Assembly (NCBI GenBank): GCA_019429365.1
Contig: JAHYJD010000005.1
Span: forward strand, 3,240-67,239
Direction: 5' to 3'
Source: Bacteroidales bacterium
GTDB taxonomy: Bacteria > Bacteroidota > Bacteroidia > Bacteroidales > UBA7960
DNA: 64,000 nt
Positions 16,759 to 26,743 of this stretch are shown in pieces. A program made the translations under genes and the position numbers. The number at the start of each line of letters is the position of its first letter. Within the stretch, counting starts at the first letter, position 1. The notes beneath the pieces were generated by a model that did no database searches, was not told where the DNA came from, and saw only the letters and a program-made list of their open reading frames with translations.

Positions 16759-18594
16759 TTAACGCTGACGACCACCGCCACTGCTGCGTTCGGTTGACCC
16801 TCCTCGAGAACTTCCACCTGAGCTCCTTGCTGGGGCACTGCTGCCACCTGAGCTTCTGGAGGGAGAGGAAACAGCAGGGGCACTACTGCCACCTGAGCTC
16901 CTTGAAGGGGTGCTCACGTTTCGTGAGGGCGAACTTTGCTGAGCCGGAGCGGTGCGTGCCGGTGCCTGCTGGCGCGCCGGAGGGGAGTAGGAGGGCTGGC
17001 CTCTTTCCTGCCTGGTGGGCTGTGTGCGCTGCGTGGGTGCAGGCTGACTTTGCGGCCTGGCTTGTGGCCTTACCTGCTGGGGCGAAGGCCTGGTCGGCTG
17101 CTGCTGAGGACTTGCCGTTGCCGGAGGCCTTCCCGACTGCGGGCTGCTATACTCCTGGTTGGTTTTGGGCTGCTGATAGCTGGGCGAAGTATAGGTGCGC
17201 GGACGGTTAAAGTTGGGATCGTTTTCCTGGCGCTGGCTGCCTGCTGGGGCCTGCTGAGGCCTTTCGTAACGCTGCATTTGGTCGCGCTGGTATTCGCTGC
17301 GCGAAGGAGCCTGGTAGTCGGAAGGCGTACGCTGCGGCTGCGTTGGCCTGGCAGGCTGTGTGGTGGCAGGGGCAGGTCTTGTTTCGGGCTGAGCCTGTGG
17401 CCGCGCTTCAGGCGTGCGAGTGGGCTGCTGCTGAACCGGTCGGGTTTGCTGTGGCTGCTGCGTAGGACGAGCCTGCTGTGGCTGCGATTGTTGTGGCGTT
17501 GGACGAACGGCAGGCCGCTCCTGCGGTTGTGCCGGACGTGCTTCTGTGGGGCGCTCTGTTGGAGCTTGCCTTTCGGGGCGAACCGCAGGTGCCGTGGTTT
17601 CACGTGTATCCCTGCCGGGGGCAGCTACAGAAGGCACGGGGCTAATTTCGGCTGCACCAGCCGGACGGGCACTTTCGGTCCTTTCAGGACGGGCTTCGGT
17701 GCGTGTGCCGTCGACGGGTTGGGTTCCGCGCGCGCGCGAGACGTCGTCGCGGTTGGCTTCAAAACGCTCGGCAAAAGTTGCAGGACGGCCTTCGCCACGG
17801 CCTGTGCCGCCTGCTACAGCACCACCACTGGCGCCGCGGTGACCATAGTAATAGTTGCTGCGGTCAAGGCTGTTATAGTAGTACTGATACTGATAAGGGT
17901 TGCTGTAGTATCCATGGTAAAACCCTGAATAATAGCCGGCATTGTAGCCCGACCAGTAACTGTAACCCCAAGGGCTGTAATATCCGGGGTAAAATCCCCA
18001 GTAATTCCAGCGATTCCAGCTGCTCCAACCCCAGGGAGAACCATAAGAATAGAAGGGGGAATACCATGAATACCAGTAAAAGCCGGGGTTGTACATCATG
18101 TATCCAGGGTAATAAAATCCCATCGAGCCATAACCCATGTAAATGCTCACACCATAATAGAACGGGTCGTAGGTGTACCAGTACATATTGGTGTAGTAGG
18201 GGTCGTAATAAGACCAGCTGGAAGCCGGACGGTGAAACCTGCGAATACGGGCCGAGTAGGAATAATCGTAATAACCTTCGTATTGGTAGTTATTCACGTA
18301 AGTGCTGCCATCGGTGCCGTAATAAGTTTCAGTGGCCGAAGGGGCGTACTCGTAATATTCATCCTGATCTACGTAGCCTTCGCTGCGATTTTCGTAATAC
18401 TGATTGCTGGTTTCAGGATAATAATCATTCTGTGCAGTTACATCAACCGGGGTGACTGGCTGCGTAACAACTGCAGCCTGGGCATCCCTCGGGATGTAAT
18501 AAATATCGTCATAAGTCTGAGAGGCACGGTAGGTTGATGAGCAACCTGCCAGGACCACCGACATGACGATCAAAATTTTTAAAAATGCTTTCAT
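16759..18594 (-). CDS. Low-complexity lipoprotein: Tyr/Trp/Gly-rich N-terminal half (YxWGxW-like repeats) plus a Pro/Gln/Arg/Thr/Ala-rich, Ser/Gly-tailed C-terminal half
   Basis: Lipobox MKAFLKILIVMSVVLAGCSS (start at 18594 preferred over 18627). Residues ~60-260 are dominated by Y/W/G (for example SPWGWSSWNRWNYWGFYPGYYSPWGYSYWSGY). These are followed by RP.Q/TQP repeats and RSSGGSSAPA repeats. Confidence 0.7.
   Translation of the reverse strand: MKAFLKILIVMSVVLAGCSSTYRASQTYDDIYYIPRDAQAAVVTQPVTPVDVTAQNDYYPETSNQYYENRSEGYVDQDEYYEYAPSATETYYGTDGSTYVNNYQYEGYYDYSYSARIRRFHRPASSWSYYDPYYTNMYWYTYDPFYYGVSIYMGYGSMGFYYPGYMMYNPGFYWYSWYSPFYSYGSPWGWSSWNRWNYWGFYPGYYSPWGYSYWSGYNAGYYSGFYHGYYSNPYQYQYYYNSLDRSNYYYGHRGASGGAVAGGTGRGEGRPATFAERFEANRDDVSRARGTQPVDGTRTEARPERTESARPAGAAEISPVPSVAAPGRDTRETTAPAVRPERQAPTERPTEARPAQPQERPAVRPTPQQSQPQQARPTQQPQQTRPVQQQPTRTPEARPQAQPETRPAPATTQPARPTQPQRTPSDYQAPSRSEYQRDQMQRYERPQQAPAGSQRQENDPNFNRPRTYTSPSYQQPKTNQEYSSPQSGRPPATASPQQQPTRPSPQQVRPQARPQSQPAPTQRTQPTRQERGQPSYSPPARQQAPARTAPAQQSSPSRNVSTPSRSSGGSSAPAVSSPSRSSGGSSAPARSSGGSSRGGSTERSSGGGRQR
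16810..16905 (-). repeat. Imperfect in-frame tandem DNA repeats encoding (R)SSGGSSAPA units
   Basis: CCACCTGAGCT recurs at 16814, 16844 and 16889. GGGGCACT(G/A)CTGCCACCTGAGCT recurs at 16832 and 16877. Confidence 0.7.
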
Positions 18595-18663
18595 AACTGT
18601 TTCCTCCTTGCTTGTGGTTATTGACAAAGTTAAGAAGTAAAGTCAATTATCGTGGTTTTTTCT

Positions 18664-18671
18664 TAAATTTG
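18664..18671 (+). promoter_or_regulatory. Candidate -7 promoter box (TAaaTTTG) for proS
   Basis: TAAATTTGCC lies about 48 nt upstream of the proS ATG. Confidence 0.4.
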
Positions 18672-18719
18672 CCGGGTTTATTCAACTGAATAATTGCAAA
18701 TATTATACCAAAGACTTAC

Positions 18720-20195
18720 ATGGCAAAGGATTTTTCAACACGCGAAGAGAATTATTCCAAATGGTACAACGACATTGTTCAGCGGGCAGGTTTGGCCGAG
18801 AACTCAGCCGTGAGGGGCTGCATGGTAATTAAGCCATACGGCTATGCCATCTGGGAGAAAATGCAGGCGGCACTCGATAAGAAATTTAAAGATACCGGGC
18901 ACTCCAACGCCTACTTTCCAATATTCATACCAAAGTCGTTTTTTAGCAAGGAGGCTGCACACGTGGAGGGCTTTGCCAAAGAATGTGCTGTGGTGACCCA
19001 TTACCGCCTTAAGAATGACCCCGATGGGAAAGGGATAGTGGTTGATGAAGATGCTAAACTAGAGGAAGAGCTGATTATCAGGCCCACTTCCGAGACTATT
19101 ATCTGGGATACCTACCGAAACTGGGTGCAATCTTACCGTGACCTTCCCATTCTTTTGAACCAGTGGGCCAACGTGGTTCGTTGGGAAATGCGCACGCGCA
19201 TGTTTTTGCGCACCACTGAGTTCCTTTGGCAGGAAGGGCATACCGCCCATGCCACTGAGCTGGAAGCCATTGAGGAAACCGAACGCATGCTCGACGTTTA
19301 CGCCGATTTTGCCGAAAACTTCATGGCCATCCCGGTGCTGAAGGGCACCAAGTCGGTGAACGAGCGTTTTGCGGGTGCGGTTGAAACCTACTGTATTGAA
19401 GCCCTGATGCAGGACGGTAAAGCCCTGCAGGCAGGCACCTCGCATTTTCTCGGACAAAACTTCGCCAAAGCTTTTGATGTGAAGTTTGCCAGCCCCGAAG
19501 GAAAACTTGAGTATGTTTGGGCCACTTCCTGGGGCGTTTCTACCAGGCTGGTGGGTGCGCTTATTATGGCTCACTCCGACGACCATGGGCTGGTCGTTCC
19601 CCCAAAGCTGGCTCCTTATCAGGTGGTCATTGTTCCAATATACAAGAATGTGGAGCAGCAAAACATGGTGGTTGAAAAAGCCCGTGAAATAAAGGATCGG
19701 CTCGAAAAGAAAGGGATTTCAGTTAAGCTTGATGACCGCGATACCTATAAACCTGGCTGGAAGTTTAACGAGTACGAATTTAAGGGCGTGCCCGTGCGTA
19801 TTGCCATTGGTCCGCGCGATGTGGAAAATGACACCGTGGAGGTGGCAAGGCGCGATACACTGGAGAAAGAAATTTTCCAGGTGGCGGATATCGAGAATAA
19901 GGTTGAACATTTGCTCGAAGCCATCCAAAGCAATCTTTATCAAAAAGCGCTTGCCTTTCGCGAGCAAAGCACTTACAAAGCCGATACCTGGGAAGAATTC
20001 GTTGATATTCTCGATAACAAAGGTGGCTTTATCCTGGCACACTGGGATGGCACAGCCGAAACCGAACAGAAAATCAAAGAAGAAACCAAGGCTACCATTC
20101 GCCTTATCCCACTAAATGTTCAGCACGAGGAGGGCAAATGTATTTATTCGGGCAATCCTTCGTCTTTCAGGGTTGTGTTTGCCAGGGCCTATTAA
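18720..20195 (+). CDS. proS: Proline--tRNA ligase (archaeal/eukaryote-like type)
   Basis: 491-aa ORF with class II aaRS motifs ([27 protein letters not shown]), an anticodon-binding domain and the C-terminal extension ending ...FARAY. Confidence 0.9.
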   Translation: MAKDFSTREENYSKWYNDIVQRAGLAENSAVRGCMVIKPYGYAIWEKMQAALDKKFKDTGHSNAYFPIFIPKSFFSKEAAHVEGFAKECAVVTHYRLKNDPDGKGIVVDEDAKLEEELIIRPTSETIIWDTYRNWVQSYRDLPILLNQWANVVRWEMRTRMFLRTTEFLWQEGHTAHATELEAIEETERMLDVYADFAENFMAIPVLKGTKSVNERFAGAVETYCIEALMQDGKALQAGTSHFLGQNFAKAFDVKFASPEGKLEYVWATSWGVSTRLVGALIMAHSDDHGLVVPPKLAPYQVVIVPIYKNVEQQNMVVEKAREIKDRLEKKGISVKLDDRDTYKPGWKFNEYEFKGVPVRIAIGPRDVENDTVEVARRDTLEKEIFQVADIENKVEHLLEAIQSNLYQKALAFREQSTYKADTWEEFVDILDNKGGFILAHWDGTAETEQKIKEETKATIRLIPLNVQHEEGKCIYSGNPSSFRVVFARAY

Positions 20196-20276
20196 GGCAT
20201 TTTTGCAGTTTGCTTTTCTGGCATTTATTTTGATAATGCTAAATTTTGGTATTTTTACAAAAGAAATGCGTCTCTT

Positions 20277-20705
20277 ATGAGAATTATTCCCTTTATAATG
20301 CTATGGTTGCTGGTGGTAACGACCTATGGACAGGCAGGCCTGAATACTCCTGCCGATACCACCAGCCTCGAAGTGAGTGTGCGGCAGAATCCGCAGATTG
20401 AGCAGTTGATGCGTGCCCATAAGGAAGTGGTTTCGCGTGAGCGTGGCATCAATGGATTCCGCGTTCAAATCTATTCCGACTCGGGCAACCAGTCGAAACT
20501 GCGCACCCAGCGTCGTCAGGCTGACTTTGATGCGAAGTACCCCGGGGTAGCTTCATACGTTGTTTACGATGCTCCCGACTTCAAACTTAGGGTGGGCGAC
20601 TTTCGCACACGCCTCGATGCCCGGCGTTTTCTTGAAAAAATAGCCAGGGATTATGAAGGTGCCTACATTGTGGTAGACATGATCAATTACCCTGGCTTTG
20701 ATTAA
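20277..20705 (+). CDS. SPOR domain-containing protein
   Basis: Signal peptide plus a C-terminal SPOR-like block (GFRVQIYS.....A......F....YP.......Y..P.FKLRVGDFRTR.DA..FL). Confidence 0.7.
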   Translation: MRIIPFIMLWLLVVTTYGQAGLNTPADTTSLEVSVRQNPQIEQLMRAHKEVVSRERGINGFRVQIYSDSGNQSKLRTQRRQADFDAKYPGVASYVVYDAPDFKLRVGDFRTRLDARRFLEKIARDYEGAYIVVDMINYPGFD

Positions 20706-20735
20706 TATTTCTCAGGCCCCTTTCGGGGAAAACAT

Positions 20736-21815
20736 TTAGTTTCGGTTCAGCGAGTTCAGGTCTTCGTAGGCCAGTTTCAGGCGGTCGCGCATGGTTTCTT
20801 CGCCTTTGCGCAGCCAGGCCCGTGGGTCGTAATATTTCTTGTTGGGCTTGTCATCCCCTTCAGGATTGCCAATCTGCCCCTGCAGGTAACCCTCGTTTTT
20901 CTTGTAGTAGTTTTTGATCCCTTCCCAATAAGCCCACTGGGTATCGGTATCGATGTTCATTTTCACTACTCCGTAGCCAATGGCTTCGCGGATCTCTTCG
21001 CGGGTTGAGCCACTTCCTCCATGGAAAACAAAACTTACTTCCTTTTCGCTGGTGTTGAAATGCTTCTGAAGGTATTCCTGCGATTTTTTAAGGATGACAG
21101 GCTCAAGTTTCACGTTGCCGGGCTTGTACACCCCGTGCACGTTGCCGAAGGAAGCGGCAATGGTGAACTGGTCTGAAACTTCCAGCAGCGCCTTATACAT
21201 TTTGGCCACTTCTTCGGGTTGGGTGTAAAGCTTGGAGCTTTCAATGCCGGTATTGTCAACCCCGTCTTCTTCACCACCTGTAACGCCTAGCTCTACCTCC
21301 AGGGTCATACCCATTTTTTTCATCCTTTTAAGGTAGCGCTGGCTTATTTCAATGTTTTCCTCCAGCGTTTCTTCTGAGAGGTCGAGCATGTGCGAGCTAA
21401 AGAGGGGTTTTCCGAAAGCCTTGAAATTGGCTTCGCTGGCATCGAGCAGGCCATCGATCCAGGGCAGCAATTTTTTGGCGGCATGGTCGGTGTGCAGAAT
21501 AACCCTTACCCCATATTCTTTGGCCATAATTTCAATGTGCCTGGCACCTGAAATTGCGCCTGCAACGGCGGCACGCTGGTTCTCGTTCGAAAGGGTCTTG
21601 CCTGCATAAAAGTGGGCGCCGCCGTTCGAAAACTGGATAATGACCGGAGAGTTAACATCGCGTGCCACTTCCAGCACGGCATTTACGGAGTTGGTGCCAA
21701 TCACGTTTACGGCCGGAAGGGCAAAATTATGCTCTTTGGCAATGCGGAAAATTTCCTGTACGTCGCGACCGGTTACTACTCCCGGTTCAATATGCTTCAT
21801 TAAATCTGCTGACAT
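20736..21815 (-). CDS. fbaA: Class II fructose-1,6-bisphosphate aldolase
   Basis: 359-aa ORF with FALPAVNV, HTDH, LEVELG.TGGEEDGV, FGNVHGVYKPGNV.L and VFHGGSGS motifs. Confidence 0.9.
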   Translation of the reverse strand: MSADLMKHIEPGVVTGRDVQEIFRIAKEHNFALPAVNVIGTNSVNAVLEVARDVNSPVIIQFSNGGAHFYAGKTLSNENQRAAVAGAISGARHIEIMAKEYGVRVILHTDHAAKKLLPWIDGLLDASEANFKAFGKPLFSSHMLDLSEETLEENIEISQRYLKRMKKMGMTLEVELGVTGGEEDGVDNTGIESSKLYTQPEEVAKMYKALLEVSDQFTIAASFGNVHGVYKPGNVKLEPVILKKSQEYLQKHFNTSEKEVSFVFHGGSGSTREEIREAIGYGVVKMNIDTDTQWAYWEGIKNYYKKNEGYLQGQIGNPEGDDKPNKKYYDPRAWLRKGEETMRDRLKLAYEDLNSLNRN

Positions 21816-21945
21816 GTTTTAGTGCTTTATGTTAAAAATCAGTTTAAATTCCTTTTCCCAAAATTAACAAATAAATGGGTAATTGTTAAATATGGTGCCT
21901 GCTTTCTGAGTTGATAGCTAATTAAAAAGATTTTTTTGTTTCAAA

Positions 21946-21953
21946 CAAAGTTA
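21946..21953 (-). promoter_or_regulatory. Candidate -7 promoter box (TAacTTTG) for fbaA
   Basis: The minus strand reads TAACTTTG, about 130 nt upstream of the fbaA ATG. It is back-to-back with the plus-strand box at 21958. Confidence 0.35.
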
Positions 21954-21957
21954 GCGC

Positions 21958-21965
21958 TATTTTTG
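21958..21965 (+). promoter_or_regulatory. Candidate -7 promoter box (TAttTTTG) for the glycosyltransferase gene
   Basis: TATTTTTG on the plus strand. It lies inside the listed 21936 ORF extension, which argues for a downstream start. Confidence 0.35.
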
Positions 21966-22037
21966 GAGTCAAATTTTCAAATCGCCGCAAAACGGCGCCC
22001 TTGGGTGCCAAAAGCGGTTTTTCAAAAATCGGCGTTT

Positions 22038-23165
22038 TTGAGTTTAAGAATTGCCATAAATACCAGGTTGCTTTTGCCAGGGAGGCTCGAAGGGATCGGA
22101 TGGTTTACCTATCAGACTTTCAAGCGCATCGCCATTGCCCATCCCGAGGTGGAGTTTCATTTTATTTTCGACCGCAATTATGATCAGCAATTTGTCTTTG
22201 CCGACAATATAAAGCCTGTTGCGCTATTTCCGCAGGCGCGCCATCCTGTGCTTTACTATCTTTTCTTTGAAAAGGCCCTGCCTGCCTACCTAAAAAAGAT
22301 CGATCCAGTGCTGTTTGTTTCGCCCGACGGACTGTTGTCACTTTCGTGGAAGGGCTGCCAGATACCTGTTTTTCACGATCTGAACTTTATGCACAACCCC
22401 GATTACCTGCCATATCTCAGCAGCAAATACTACCGCTGGCGCTTCCCGAAGTTTGCCCAAAAGGCCCATCGGATTGCCACGGTTTCCGAGTATTCAAAGG
22501 CCGATATTGTAAAAACGTTCAATTATCCTGCCCAACAGGTTGATGTGGTTTATAACGGGGTAAATGAAGCATTTAAACCAGTAAGCCCAGAGATTGCCTT
22601 TGAAACACGGAAGAATTTCACCGGCGGCAATCCCTATTTTGTGTATGTTGGATCTCTCCATAAGCGCAAGAATATCGACAATATGCTGTTGGCATTCGAA
22701 GCATTTAAAGCTACGGACAAGCAAAACCATAAAATGGTGATTGTGGGTGAGCACATGTTTGGCACCAATGGCCTGCAAAAAGTGCTCGATGCAATGAAAC
22801 ACAGAGAGGATGTGATTTTTACCGGCCGTTTATACAACGATCAGCTGAGCCGGGTGGTGGCTTCGGCCAGCGCCCTTTTGCTGGTGTCGTACTTCGAAGG
22901 GTTTGGCATACCCATAATCGAAGCCATGAAGTGTGATGTGCCGGTTATCTCTTCCAATGTTACCAGTATGCCCGAGGTGGCCGGAAATGCCGCCTTGCTG
23001 GTTAATCCGCATTCAGTGCAGGAAATAGCGCAAAGCATGGAAAAGGTAGCCAATGACCAGCCCCTGCGTTTGAAACTTATTGAAAATGGAAAGCTGATCC
23101 GACAGCAGTTCTCATGGGATCAGACGGCCGAACGAATGTGGAATTGCATGACGCACTGCTTTTGA
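22038..23165 (+). CDS. Glycosyltransferase family 1/4 (GT-B fold)
   Basis: The listed ORF is 21936..23165. The conserved N-terminus (SLRIAINTRLLL...GIG.F) begins at an in-frame TTG at 22038. The C-terminal E..GFGIPIIEAM.C..PVI.S motif is present. The start codon is uncertain. Confidence 0.75.
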   Translation: MSLRIAINTRLLLPGRLEGIGWFTYQTFKRIAIAHPEVEFHFIFDRNYDQQFVFADNIKPVALFPQARHPVLYYLFFEKALPAYLKKIDPVLFVSPDGLLSLSWKGCQIPVFHDLNFMHNPDYLPYLSSKYYRWRFPKFAQKAHRIATVSEYSKADIVKTFNYPAQQVDVVYNGVNEAFKPVSPEIAFETRKNFTGGNPYFVYVGSLHKRKNIDNMLLAFEAFKATDKQNHKMVIVGEHMFGTNGLQKVLDAMKHREDVIFTGRLYNDQLSRVVASASALLLVSYFEGFGIPIIEAMKCDVPVISSNVTSMPEVAGNAALLVNPHSVQEIAQSMEKVANDQPLRLKLIENGKLIRQQFSWDQTAERMWNCMTHCF

Positions 23166-23310
23166 CCGAGAATTCTTTTTTGTGCTGAAAACCAGCTGAT
23201 TTCCTCTTTCTCTCCCACTCCCATTTTGTTTATTCAATTTGTGAAAAGCATTCAAATTGATTGTAATTTTGCAAAAGAAAATTACCTTATTTACCCAAAA
23301 TCAGAATATT

Positions 23311-24171
23311 ATGAAAAACTTGATAGTGGTGCTCGTTTTTGCTTTCCTCATGGCCTCCTGTGGCCAAAACAACCAGGAAGAAGTGGAACGTTTACAGCAG
23401 GAAAATCTTGAGTTGAAGGAACAGGTCAGCACCAATGAAAGTACTTTCAACGAATTTTTTGGTGCCCTGAACCAGATTGAAGAAAACCTTGCCCTGATCA
23501 AGGAAAAGGAAAATATTATTTCGCAGGGCACCCAGGACAATCTGGAAGGCCGCACCGATAAAATGGAGCAGATCAACGAAGACATTCGCCTTATTGGAGA
23601 GCTCATGGATAAGAACCGCCAGCTGATCAACCGGCTAAACCGCGATATCCGAAATTCGAATGTGAAAGTGGCCGAGTTTGAAAAAATGGTTACCAGGCTC
23701 AACGAGCAGATCCTTGAAAAGGAAGTGGAGATTGAAGGGCTGCGCGAGGAGCTCGGCCGCATGAACCTTCGTGTGGACTATCTGGCAGCCACGGTCGACA
23801 CCCTTCAGGAAGTTGCACGCCAGCGGGGCCAGATTATTGAGGAAAAAACCTCAGAGATGAATACGGCTTATTACACCATGGGTTCGCGCCGCGAATTGCG
23901 CGACTGGGGTATTATTACGCGCGAAGGTGGTTTTCTGGGAATAGGCCGCACCAACAGGCTGCGTGGCGATTTAGACCACTCCAATTTTACCCGGATTGAC
24001 CTTACTCAAACCCGCGAAATTACGGTAGCTGGCCGCGATCCTATTTTTATTACTACCCATCCCGAAGGAACCTGGGAGTTTAAGGTTGAAGACGACGTGA
24101 CCTATCTGGTTATTACAGATCCGGCAAGGTTTTGGAGTGCCTCGCGCTACCTGGTCATTGAAATTGAGTAA
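23311..24171 (+). CDS. Coiled-coil lipoprotein of unknown function
   Basis: Lipobox MKNLIVVLVFAFLMASCG (ATG at 23311), about 170 aa of heptad-rich sequence, then a globular C-terminal domain. It may belong to a Bacteroidales adhesin-like family, but I cannot verify that. Confidence 0.65.
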   Translation: MKNLIVVLVFAFLMASCGQNNQEEVERLQQENLELKEQVSTNESTFNEFFGALNQIEENLALIKEKENIISQGTQDNLEGRTDKMEQINEDIRLIGELMDKNRQLINRLNRDIRNSNVKVAEFEKMVTRLNEQILEKEVEIEGLREELGRMNLRVDYLAATVDTLQEVARQRGQIIEEKTSEMNTAYYTMGSRRELRDWGIITREGGFLGIGRTNRLRGDLDHSNFTRIDLTQTREITVAGRDPIFITTHPEGTWEFKVEDDVTYLVITDPARFWSASRYLVIEIE

Positions 24172-24176
24172 TCCTG

Positions 24177-25796
24177 TCAGAAACCACTCAGTTTCATTGT
24201 TACGGTGGGTATCAGCAGCAGGAATCCAAGAATCACAACAGTAACAATCAGCGGCCACACCCAACGCACCCACTTGTCGTAGGGGATGCGAGCCACCCCC
24301 AATACGGCAATCAGTACCCCGGAAGTGGGTGTAATCATATTGGTAAATCCATCGCCAAACTGAAACGCCATAACAGTAGCCTGCCGTGAAATGCCAATCA
24401 AATCGCTGAAAGGCGCCATAATGGGCATGGTGATGGCGGCTTTGGCCGAACCGGATGGAATAACTATGTTGATGATGGTTTGTATCACATACATCACGCC
24501 AATGGAGGCAATATCGCCAAAATTGCCCATGGCCTTCGACATCCCGTAAAGGATAGAGTCGACAATGCCGCCGTCCTCTAGAATAACGATGATCCCCCTG
24601 GCCAGACCTACAATGATGGCTGCCGAGAGAATGTCTTTCACCCCTTCCAGAAACTCTTTGGCAATATGGTCTGCCGAGCGGTTAAAGGCCATTCCTGAGG
24701 CAATGCCCATCACCAGGAAAAGGGTGGCAATTTCCATTATGTACCAGCCATAGCCCATAACGCCAACAATCAGGTAGATAATGGTATAGCCGAGCAGCAA
24801 CAGAATAAAATAATGGACAGACTTACGCAGCGAGAAGAAACCCAGCAGGGCAAAAACAGCCGTAAGCACCGGGATGATCACCATAGTAACTTGCGAGTTT
24901 CCGATTTGAAGGCTGGTAACGGGATAAAGCACCGAAAAAACCACAAAAGCGGCCAGTATCATTAAATAAACTACCCAGGCCATTCGCGGAGTGAAATATT
25001 CGATGTTTTCCATATGACCGGCATCGCGGTTGCGCCAGTAGGCATCTTCATGGTACATAATGGAACGGGTAGGATCCTTGCGAATCTTTGCTACATAGCG
25101 CAGCACAAAAAAGATACCCACTATATTGATCACCACCCATGAAAAAACTCTGTAGCCCAGACCCGAAAAGAGGGGAATTTCAGCAATACCCTGTGCAATA
25201 CCAATGGTGAAGGGGTTTAGAATAGCGCCGGCAAAACCCAGGTGGGCAGCAATGTACACCATGCAAACCCCGGTAATGGAGTCGTATCCCATGGAAATGG
25301 CCAGCGGTATGAGGATTATTACAAAGGCAATGGTTTCTTCACTCATGCCAAAAATGGCCCCGAACAGGCTGAACATGACCATTATAAGCACGATGATCAC
25401 GTTATCCACCACATTGCGGTGCATAATGTTGCGGGTTTCGAGCATGCGGGTAAACCTCAGGAATGCAAAGATGCCCACGTCGATGGCCCTGGTTTTGTTC
25501 ATGATCCAGAATGCCCCGCCAATCATCAAAATGAAAATGATAATACCCGATTGTTTCACAAAGCCATTGAAAAGGGCCGAAAACACCTGCCAGGTTTGTG
25601 GCTGGCTGGGCTTTTCGGGCTGAAACTCCGCTGGCAGGTCTTTTTCGTAAAAGAAAACAATCTCCTTTTTTTCAAGGCCATCACGCTCCACGGTTCTTTC
25701 AATGTATTTTCCGGGGGGGATAAACCAGGTGAGAATGGCAGCAAAAATGATAATGCCAAACACAATCACGTAGGTATGGGGCACTTTCTTTAGCAT
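24177..25796 (-). CDS. YfcC-family (C4-dicarboxylate anaerobic carrier / ArcD-like) membrane transporter
   Basis: 539-aa polytopic ORF starting MLKKVPHTYVIVFGIIIFAAILTWFIPPG. It starts 12 nt downstream of the cyanophycinase gene. Confidence 0.75.
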   Translation of the reverse strand: MLKKVPHTYVIVFGIIIFAAILTWFIPPGKYIERTVERDGLEKKEIVFFYEKDLPAEFQPEKPSQPQTWQVFSALFNGFVKQSGIIIFILMIGGAFWIMNKTRAIDVGIFAFLRFTRMLETRNIMHRNVVDNVIIVLIMVMFSLFGAIFGMSEETIAFVIILIPLAISMGYDSITGVCMVYIAAHLGFAGAILNPFTIGIAQGIAEIPLFSGLGYRVFSWVVINIVGIFFVLRYVAKIRKDPTRSIMYHEDAYWRNRDAGHMENIEYFTPRMAWVVYLMILAAFVVFSVLYPVTSLQIGNSQVTMVIIPVLTAVFALLGFFSLRKSVHYFILLLLGYTIIYLIVGVMGYGWYIMEIATLFLVMGIASGMAFNRSADHIAKEFLEGVKDILSAAIIVGLARGIIVILEDGGIVDSILYGMSKAMGNFGDIASIGVMYVIQTIINIVIPSGSAKAAITMPIMAPFSDLIGISRQATVMAFQFGDGFTNMITPTSGVLIAVLGVARIPYDKWVRWVWPLIVTVVILGFLLLIPTVTMKLSGF

Positions 25797-25808
25797 GGCG
25801 CTGTAGTT

Positions 25809-26669
25809 TTATCTTATCCTGAATTTATCACCGGGCAGCATCACATCAACCTGCAGTGCTTCAGCTCCCAGTTTTCCTGAAAGGTTACGGGTGCTTTGGT
25901 TCGGATTTCGGTAAACGATAACCTGCGAAATGCCCACTACCTCGGCCGAATCGCCTTTTACCAGGATGGCGGTTGACTCGTCGATGCCGATTCCGACCAG
26001 GGCCGGATGTTCGATCACAGCTGTAAGCAAACGATTATGGCGGCTGCGCCAAACAAAATGCTGGTCGATAATGGCTGTGCTGATCAACCCCAGCCCCTGC
26101 GCCAGTTCAATATTCTCTGCCTCAATGGTGCGAAAGGTTGATTGATAGTCGGGGTATTTTAGCTCGTTTCCGGTAATCATTTTTTCGCTCATTACGGCGG
26201 CTCCAGCGCTAGTGCCGGCTATTAAGGCCCCATTCTCATAGGCATGGTGAATGGCCTCCATAATGGGGGTGTCTTTCACTATTGTCATGAAACGGTTCTG
26301 ATCGCCACCACTTATGTATATAAGCCGGGCGTTTCGCAAAGAGTCAACCCAGATTTCGTTGGGCTCTTCTCCTGAAGGGAAATTAAAACCGGTGACGTTT
26401 ACAAGCCCTTGCTTAAGAAATTGCGCACCCGACCAGATAATGGCCGAATCAGGCGCTGAACTCGACATGGGCAAAATCACCACATACCCTTCTTTGTCAA
26501 CCCCTGCCTCGACAATCATGCGCTGCACCATGGCTTCGGGGCGGCTGCCCCCTCCAATGATAAACAGGCTGCCTTTGGTAGTGGTTTCGGGCTGTTGTTC
26601 CTCTGCAGGGCCGGACTGGCAGGCAGCAAGGATAAATAATGCTACAAATAAAAAATGAAATGCCTTCAT
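25809..26669 (-). CDS. Cyanophycinase-like peptidase (S51 family), lipoprotein form
   Basis: Lipobox LFILAAC, then LFIIGGG, YISGGDQNRF, IAGTSAGAAVMS (Ser nucleophile context) and GIGIDESTA blocks characteristic of cyanophycinase/S51. Confidence 0.7.
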   Translation of the reverse strand: MKAFHFLFVALFILAACQSGPAEEQQPETTTKGSLFIIGGGSRPEAMVQRMIVEAGVDKEGYVVILPMSSSAPDSAIIWSGAQFLKQGLVNVTGFNFPSGEEPNEIWVDSLRNARLIYISGGDQNRFMTIVKDTPIMEAIHHAYENGALIAGTSAGAAVMSEKMITGNELKYPDYQSTFRTIEAENIELAQGLGLISTAIIDQHFVWRSRHNRLLTAVIEHPALVGIGIDESTAILVKGDSAEVVGISQVIVYRNPNQSTRNLSGKLGAEALQVDVMLPGDKFRIR

Positions 26670-26696
26670 ACCTTATTAATTTTTGGATATGCGAAA

Positions 26697-26728
26697 ATAA
26701 AAAAAAGCCAGCCCGAAAGCTGGCTTTT
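26697..26728 (-). terminator. Terminator after the PKD/adhesin-domain lipoprotein gene
   Basis: The minus strand reads AAGCCAGC-tttcgg-GCTGGCTT-TTTTTT. It separates the Sus-like unit from the cyanophycinase operon. Confidence 0.65.
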
Positions 26729-26743
26729 ATTCAATAAAAGGTA

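Noticed and set aside
16794-18537. Several long alternative-frame and antisense ORFs inside the Tyr/Pro-rich lipoprotein gene (for example 16936..17928+, 17070..17603-, 17703..18455+).
   Set aside because: The low-complexity, GC-rich repeats keep many frames open. These translations are Arg/Cys/Leu-rich nonsense. Only the minus-strand frame has a lipobox, start context and terminator.
21936-22037. An N-terminal 34-aa extension of the glycosyltransferase ORF (TTG start at 21936).
   Set aside because: The extension contains a plus-strand TAttTTTG promoter box and has no GT-like sequence. The conserved N-terminus begins at ~22038.
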